Assembly (NCBI GenBank): GCA_963721805.1
Contig: CAVRJY010000001.1
Location: forward strand, 576,001-640,000
Source of the DNA: Nitrospirota bacterium
GTDB lineage: Bacteria > Nitrospirota > Thermodesulfovibrionia > Thermodesulfovibrionales > JdFR-86
Direction: 5' to 3'
Length of the DNA: 64,000 nt
Position numbers and translations under genes: made by a program
Part shown: in pieces, positions 58,125-64,000 of the stretch
Numbering within the stretch: position 1 is the stretch's first letter
Layout: every line of letters begins with the position of its first letter
The notes under the pieces: model-generated
Told to the model about the DNA's origin: nothing
Databases searched by the model: none
Seen by the model: only the letters and a program-made list of their open reading frames with translations

Positions 58125-60152
58125 ATGGGCATCTTCCGCGTATCGACCGACTTCGAGCCGAGGGGCGACCAGCCCGCTGCGATACGCAGCCTAGTCGAGG
58201 GCTGCCGCGCCGGCGCCCCGCACCAGGTGCTGCTCGGCGTCACCGGATCGGGCAAGACCTTCACGATAGCGAAGGTGATCGAGTCGCTCGACCGGCCTGT
58301 CCTCGTGATCGCGCACAACAAGACCCTGGCCGCCCAGCTATATGGCGAGTTCAGGGAGCTCTTCCCGGAAAACGCGGTCGAGTTCTTCGTGAGCTACTAC
58401 GACTACTACCAGCCCGAGGCCTACCTGCCGACGACCGACACCTTCATCGAGAAGGACGCGATGGTCAACGACGACATCGACCGCCTGCGCCACTCCGCCA
58501 CGCGCGCGGTGCTCGAGCGGCGCGACGTCATAGTGGTGGCCTCGGTCTCGTGCATATACGGCATAGGCTCGCCGCAGGACTACATGGCCATGCACCTCGT
58601 GATCGAGGAGGGCATGCACGCCAAGCGCGACGCCCTGCTGCGGCGCATGGTCGATATGCAATACCAGCGCACGGACGCGGAGTTCAAGCGCGGCCGGGTG
58701 CGGGTGCGCGGCGACGTGCTCGAGGTCTTCCCGTCGTTCTCGGTCGACCGCGCGATCCGCATAGAGTTCTTCGGAGACGACGTGGACCGCCTCGTGGAGT
58801 TCGATGCCAGGACCGGCACGACCACGCGCGCGCTGAGCTCTTTCGCGCTCTTTCCGAACACGCACTGGATCACGCCCAAGGAGAAGATCGACGGCGCGAT
58901 CTCGGCCATCATTGGCGAGATGAAGGAGCGGGTGGAGTACTTCAACACGATGGGCCGCGCGGTAGAGGCCCAGAGGATCGAGCAGCGCACGCTCTTTGAC
59001 GTCGAGATGCTCCGCGAGTTCGGATACTGCCACGGGATAGAAAACTACACGCGCCACCTGAGCGGCCGGATGCCCGGCGCTCCTCCCTCGACGCTGATCG
59101 ACTACTTCCCGGAGGATTTCCTTACGGTGATCGACGAGTCGCACGCCACGGTGCCGCAGATCGGCGGGATGTACGAAGGCGACCGCTCGCGCAAATCCAC
59201 GCTCATAGACTTCGGGTTCCGGCTGCCCTCGGCGCTCGACAACAGGCCGCTTCAGTTCCATGAGTTCCAGTCCCGCGTCAGGCAGGCGGTATACGTCTCG
59301 GCCACACCGGCGGTGTACGAGCGCGAGAAGGCCGGCGGCCGCATCGTAGAGCAGATCATCCGGCCTACGGGCCTGATCGACCCCGAGATGGTCATCCGCC
59401 CGGTCTCGGGGCAGGTCGATAACCTGCTCGGCGAGATACGCCTGCGCGCGGCCGTCGGGGAGCGCGTGCTGATTACGACGCTGACCAAGAAGATGGCCGA
59501 GGACCTCACGAACTATTACACCACGCTTGGGGTGCGCGCACAGTACCTGCACTCGGACATCGACACGATGGAGCGAGTCAAGATCATACGCGACCTCCGC
59601 CTGGGGGAGTTCGACGTCCTGGTGGGCGTCAACCTGCTCAGAGAGGGGCTCGACCTGCCGGAGGTATCGCTCGTTGCGATATTCGACGCGGACAAGGAGG
59701 GGTTCCTGCGCTCGGAGCGCTCGCTGATCCAGACCGCCGGACGCGCCGCCCGGAACATCAACGGCAAGGTCATACTCTATGCCGACGTGATCACCGGCTC
59801 GATGCAGCGCGCGATGGACGAGACCGAGCGGCGGCGCGCGATACAGCTCCGGTACAACAGGGAAAACAAGATCACCCCCGAGACCGTGCGCAGCCACATC
59901 AAGGACATCCTCGGCTCGATCTACGAGGCCGACTACCCCGGCATACCGCTTGCTGCCAGGCAGGAGCCGGCATATTATGGCGAGGACGCCGCAAGTATAG
60001 ATGCCTTAGAGGCCGAGATGCGCGAGGCCGCCCGCGTGCTGGACTTCGAGCGCGCAACAATTCTCCGCGACAGACTCCGCGCTATAAAGGAGAAGGGACC
60101 CTCGGCCCCCCCGGCCCCAGTAAAGCCGCGCAAGGCGTCCAAACGCGCGTGA
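58125..60152 (+). CDS. uvrB: Excinuclease ABC subunit B
   Basis: [51 protein letters not shown]. Confidence 0.98.
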   Translation: MGIFRVSTDFEPRGDQPAAIRSLVEGCRAGAPHQVLLGVTGSGKTFTIAKVIESLDRPVLVIAHNKTLAAQLYGEFRELFPENAVEFFVSYYDYYQPEAYLPTTDTFIEKDAMVNDDIDRLRHSATRAVLERRDVIVVASVSCIYGIGSPQDYMAMHLVIEEGMHAKRDALLRRMVDMQYQRTDAEFKRGRVRVRGDVLEVFPSFSVDRAIRIEFFGDDVDRLVEFDARTGTTTRALSSFALFPNTHWITPKEKIDGAISAIIGEMKERVEYFNTMGRAVEAQRIEQRTLFDVEMLREFGYCHGIENYTRHLSGRMPGAPPSTLIDYFPEDFLTVIDESHATVPQIGGMYEGDRSRKSTLIDFGFRLPSALDNRPLQFHEFQSRVRQAVYVSATPAVYEREKAGGRIVEQIIRPTGLIDPEMVIRPVSGQVDNLLGEIRLRAAVGERVLITTLTKKMAEDLTNYYTTLGVRAQYLHSDIDTMERVKIIRDLRLGEFDVLVGVNLLREGLDLPEVSLVAIFDADKEGFLRSERSLIQTAGRAARNINGKVILYADVITGSMQRAMDETERRRAIQLRYNRENKITPETVRSHIKDILGSIYEADYPGIPLAARQEPAYYGEDAASIDALEAEMREAARVLDFERATILRDRLRAIKEKGPSAPPAPVKPRKASKRA

Positions 60153-60195
60153 TCGCATTGACGTTCCTGCCCGCCGCCTCGGTTATAATATAACC

Positions 60196-60975
60196 ATGAT
60201 CCGAAACACCTTCATCCACCTCGACGGGATGGGCCAGAAGACCGAGCGGAGGCTCTGGGCCGAGGGCGTCCTCACATGGGAGGACTTCATCCGAAGGCCG
60301 TCGATCAGGTCGGTATCCGCGGGGCGCAAGGCCGCGATGGACGCCGCTCTGACCGAGGCCACGGAGAGGCTTGCGCTGCGCGATGCGGCGTACTTCAGGG
60401 CCGCGCTCAAGACGCGCGAGCACTGGAGGCTCTATGGCGAGTTCCGCGAGGACGCGGCGTTTCTGGACATAGAGACCAACGGGCTCGCGCCGGACGCAGG
60501 CGGCTACCCCACGATGGTCGGCATCTCGACGTACGATGGATACAAGGCATTCATCCGTGGCCGCGATCTCACAGCGGCCAACCTCATGGAGGCGCTAAAG
60601 GGCGTCAAGTGCCTCGTGACTTTCTTCGGCACGGTGTTCGATATGCCGTTTCTCGCCAGGACTATGCCAGCGCTCGAACTGGACCTCCCGCACTTCGACC
60701 TCTGCTTTGCCGGAAAGAAGGTCGGGCTCTCGGGCGGGCTCAAGGCCGTAGAGAAGACTATCGGCATCTCGCGGCCGGCCGAGGTCGATGGCATGGACGG
60801 GTATGCAGCGGTGCTGCTATGGAACCGGCACCTCGACGGCTACAGAGATGCGCTCAAGACTCTGGTGACGTATAACCGCGAGGACACCGTGAACTTGCAG
60901 CTTCTCGCGGACAGGGTATACGCGGCCCTGCGCGGGCAGTCAGGCATAGAGGGACATGCGCATGCCGGTGCTTAG
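60196..60975 (+). CDS. YprB-like RNase H-fold (RNase_H_2) exonuclease
   Basis: AFLDIETNG, LVTFFGTVFDMPFL, HFDL, GGLKAVE, YNRED. Confidence 0.85.
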   Translation: MIRNTFIHLDGMGQKTERRLWAEGVLTWEDFIRRPSIRSVSAGRKAAMDAALTEATERLALRDAAYFRAALKTREHWRLYGEFREDAAFLDIETNGLAPDAGGYPTMVGISTYDGYKAFIRGRDLTAANLMEALKGVKCLVTFFGTVFDMPFLARTMPALELDLPHFDLCFAGKKVGLSGGLKAVEKTIGISRPAEVDGMDGYAAVLLWNRHLDGYRDALKTLVTYNREDTVNLQLLADRVYAALRGQSGIEGHAHAGA

Positions 60976-61834
60976 GGAGTTCTCCGCGTACCTCGCGATA
61001 GAAAAGGGGCTCTCCAGAAACACCGTGACCGCATACTCGGCAGACCTCGGGAAGCTGGCCCTGTTTCTGGAAGGCCGGGGCGCGCGGCTTGCCGGGTTCG
61101 GCAAGGACGACGTCGCCGAGTTCATGGCTTCGCTCCACGCGGCGGGGATCTCGGCCGCAAGCTCAGCGCGCATGCTCTCGTCCATTCGCGGGCTGTGCAG
61201 GTATCTGCTCCTGCAGGGGCGCATCACTGAAGACCCGACCGAGAACATGCCCTCCCCAAAGAAATGGCAGACCGTGCCCAAGGCCCTGAGCTTCAACGAG
61301 GTAAGCGCGCTTCTGGCCGCAGACTCGCAGGGCGGCCTCGGGATGCGCGACGAGGCGATGGTCGAACTCCTGTACTCCTCCGGGCTCCGAGTCAGCGAGC
61401 TTGTCTCGCTGAAGCTCTCGAACGTGGATTTCACGGCCGGGTTCATGAAGATCACGGGCAAGGGCTCGAAGGACCGGATCGTCCCGGCTCACGAACGCGC
61501 TCTCCTTAAGGTGCGGCGGTATGTCGAGGAACTCAGGCCGAAGCTCCTAAAGGACCTCCGCTCGGACTACCTCTTCCTCACCGGCCTGGGCAGGCCGATG
61601 ACCCGCCAGAGGTTCTGGCAGGCCCTGAAGGTGCGCGGAAAGCGGGCCGGTGTGGAGCTGTCCCCGCACGTGCTCAGGCACTCGTTCGCGACCCATCTGA
61701 TAGAGGGCGGGGCGGACCTCAGATCGGTCCAGAAGATGCTCGGACACTCGGATATTTCGACCACTCAGATATATACAAAAGTTACTGTGGAGCGGCTTAA
61801 AAGGGTATATAATAAAAATCATCCGCGGGCATGA
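60956..61834 (+). CDS. xerD: Tyrosine recombinase XerD
   Basis: EKGLSRNTVTAY, LYSSGLRVSEL, GKGSKDR, SPHVLRHSFATHL, LGHSDISTTQIYT. Confidence 0.92.
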   Translation: MRMPVLREFSAYLAIEKGLSRNTVTAYSADLGKLALFLEGRGARLAGFGKDDVAEFMASLHAAGISAASSARMLSSIRGLCRYLLLQGRITEDPTENMPSPKKWQTVPKALSFNEVSALLAADSQGGLGMRDEAMVELLYSSGLRVSELVSLKLSNVDFTAGFMKITGKGSKDRIVPAHERALLKVRRYVEELRPKLLKDLRSDYLFLTGLGRPMTRQRFWQALKVRGKRAGVELSPHVLRHSFATHLIEGGADLRSVQKMLGHSDISTTQIYTKVTVERLKRVYNKNHPRA

Positions 61835-61873
61835 TGCGGGCAATATTACACGGATATTGGAGGGCTTACGACC

Positions 61874-64000
61874 TTGGAGACACTGAAGCCGGAGCAACTC
61901 TACGCGCGTTGCAGACACTGACTGCCTGAAGTTCCTGACCACGAACGACCTCACGCCGCACTTCGACACCATCGGGCAGGAGCGCGCGATGCGCTCGCTG
62001 GACTTCGGGCTGAGCCTCGACAGCACTGGGTTTAACATATTCATGCTCGGCGAGAACGGCACCGGCAAGATGACGACGATCAAGACCCTGCTGGCCGCGC
62101 AGGCCGCATCCGAGCCGATCCCGGACGACTGGTGCTATGTATTCAACTTCAAGGACCCGGACGTGCCGAACGCTGTCTCGCTCAAGGCCGGCAGGGCCGT
62201 CGAGTTCCATAAGGACATGGAGGAACTCATAAAATCCCTCCGCGCCGAACTGCCCAAGATCTTCGACACGAAGGAGTACGAAAAGACACGGAGCGCGGCT
62301 ATCGAGGAGTTTCAGAAATACCAGCGCGAGCAGCTGGTCGGTCTCGAAGAGGAGGCCAAGGCCAAGGGCTTCACGATCCGCAAGACCGCGGCCGGGCTGT
62401 TCATCGTTCCGATGACCCCGGCCGGTGAGCCGCTCACAGAGGAGGAGTTCGAGAAGCTCGACGCGGAGCACAAAAAGCGCATAGAGGAGATCGGCAAGGC
62501 CCTCCAGGAGAAGCTCGACGATATCGTCCGCTCGATGCGCACGGCCGAGAAGTCACTGAAGGAGCGCCTCAACAAGATCGAGCGCGACGCCGCGATGGGC
62601 TCGATCGGCCACTACATCGAGGAGATAGCGGCGAGGTTCTCCGACTACCCGAAGATCACCGCATACCTCGGCGAGGTCCGCGAGGACATCCTCGAGCACC
62701 TCGACGAGTTCAAGGGCGAGGAGGCGGAGCAGCCCTCTCCGCTGCCGTTTCTGAGGCCGCAGAAGGCCGAGCCGAGCTTCGCGCGCTATGTGGTAAACGT
62801 GCTCGTAAACAACGCCGAGACCACGGGCGCGCCGTGCGTGTTCGAGTCAAACCCGACCTACTACAACATATTCGGCCGCGTGGAGCACAAGTTCCAGTAC
62901 GGCATGGCCGTGACGGACTTCACGATGATCAAGGCCGGCTCGCTGCATAAGGCGAACGGCGGCTATCTCGTCATAGACGCGATGGACCTGCTTAAGAACA
63001 TCTTCGCCTACGAGGGCCTGAAGCGCTCGATCCGCAACCGCGAGATAAGGATCGAGGACGTCTGGGAGCAGTACAGGCTCATGTCCACCGCGACCCTCAA
63101 GCCCGAAGCCGTGCCGCTGCATATCAAGGTCATACTCATAGGCACGCCGTACCTGTACTACATGCTCTACTCCCTCGACGAGGAATACCGCGAGCTGTTC
63201 AAGGTCAAGGCCGACTTCGACAGCACGATGAAGCGCTCGGAGGGCTCGATCACGCGGTACGCGGAGTTCATAGCCTCCAAGGGCAAGGAGGAGGGGCTGC
63301 TGCCGTTCGACCCCGGAGGGGTGGCGCGCGTTGTGGAGTTCGGCTCGCGTCTCGCGTCCGACCAGCGGAAGCTCTCGTCACAGTTCAGCGAGATCGCGGA
63401 CATCGTGCGCGAATCGCACTACTGGGCCAGGAAGGCCGGCCGGGAGGCTGTATCGGACGAGCACGTCGAGACCGCGATCAGGGAGAAGGTCTACCGCAGC
63501 AGCCGCATCTCGGAGCGCATACAGGAGATGATGGAGGACGACACGCTCATACTGCCGACCTCCGGAGGCATCGTCGGGCAGATCAACGGGCTCGCGGTGA
63601 TGGGGATGGGCGACTACATGTTCGGGAAGCCCTCGCGCATCACGGCCAAGACCTTCGCCGGGAAGGCCGGGGTCGTAAACATCGAGCGCGAGACCAAGAT
63701 GAGCGGCAAGATACACGAAAAGGCGATCCTCATCATTAGCAACTACCTCGGCAGCCGCTACGCCTACAAAAAGCCGATCACCCTCTCGGCCTCGATCACC
63801 TTCGAGCAGCTATATGACATGATCGAGGGCGACAGCGCGACCTGCGCCGAGCTCATCGTCCTTTTAAGCAGCCTCAGCGGCGTGCCTATAAAGCAGTCCT
63901 TCGCTATCACAGGCTCGATGGACCAGGGCGGCGAGGTCCAGCCCATAGGCGGCGTCAACGAGAAGATCGAGGGCTTCTTCGACCTCTGCGCCGCGCGCGG
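61874..64000 (+). CDS. Lon-like (LonC/YcbZ-type, peptidase S16) protease, 3' truncated, apparent +1 frameshift at 61913
   Basis: Absent from the ORF track. TTG start after SD GGAGG; IGQERA, GENGTGK, AGSLHKANGGYL, GQINGL, EGDSA (catalytic Ser), QPIGGVNEKIEGFF (Lys). Confidence 0.88.

Noticed and set aside
60956..61834. Tyrosine recombinase as the integrase of the tRNA-Ser island
   Set aside because: It has XerD length and motifs, lacks an arm-binding N-terminal domain and lies about 16 kb away in housekeeping context.

Overview
GC-rich bacterial chromosomal window. Gene content and style suggest an anaerobic diderm, probably Nitrospirota or a Desulfobacterota-like lineage; this is inference, not established. 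Most of it is housekeeping: the 3' part of selB, tol-pal, moaC-mobA-tatA-alr-mlaEFD, a partial type II secretion operon, PPi-type pfk, rml genes, folK, dapL, hisH, ftsY, nagZ, tig-clpP-clpX, cimA, uvrB, xerD and a Lon-like protease. Highlights the ORF track misses: (1) a DsrE/TusD homolog with an in-frame UGA at the catalytic Cys position (UxxC) and a SECIS-like hairpin, inside an arsR-dsrEFH-sqr sulfur operon; (2) a sigma54-driven OmcE-like tetraheme cytochrome directly after resB/resC; (3) a roughly 9 kb integrase-less island at tRNA-Ser with att repeats and putative arm sites (msrAB, pgm, glgP, H+-ATPase); (4) an IS30 element splitting a radical SAM gene; (5) at least nine apparently leaderless genes; (6) an AT-rich orphan gene next to a covarying hairpin-repeat cluster; (7) a chain of duplicated uORFs before cimA and a MITE-like palindrome after it; (8) three single-base frameshifts (gspM, sqr, lon-like) that may be assembly errors.
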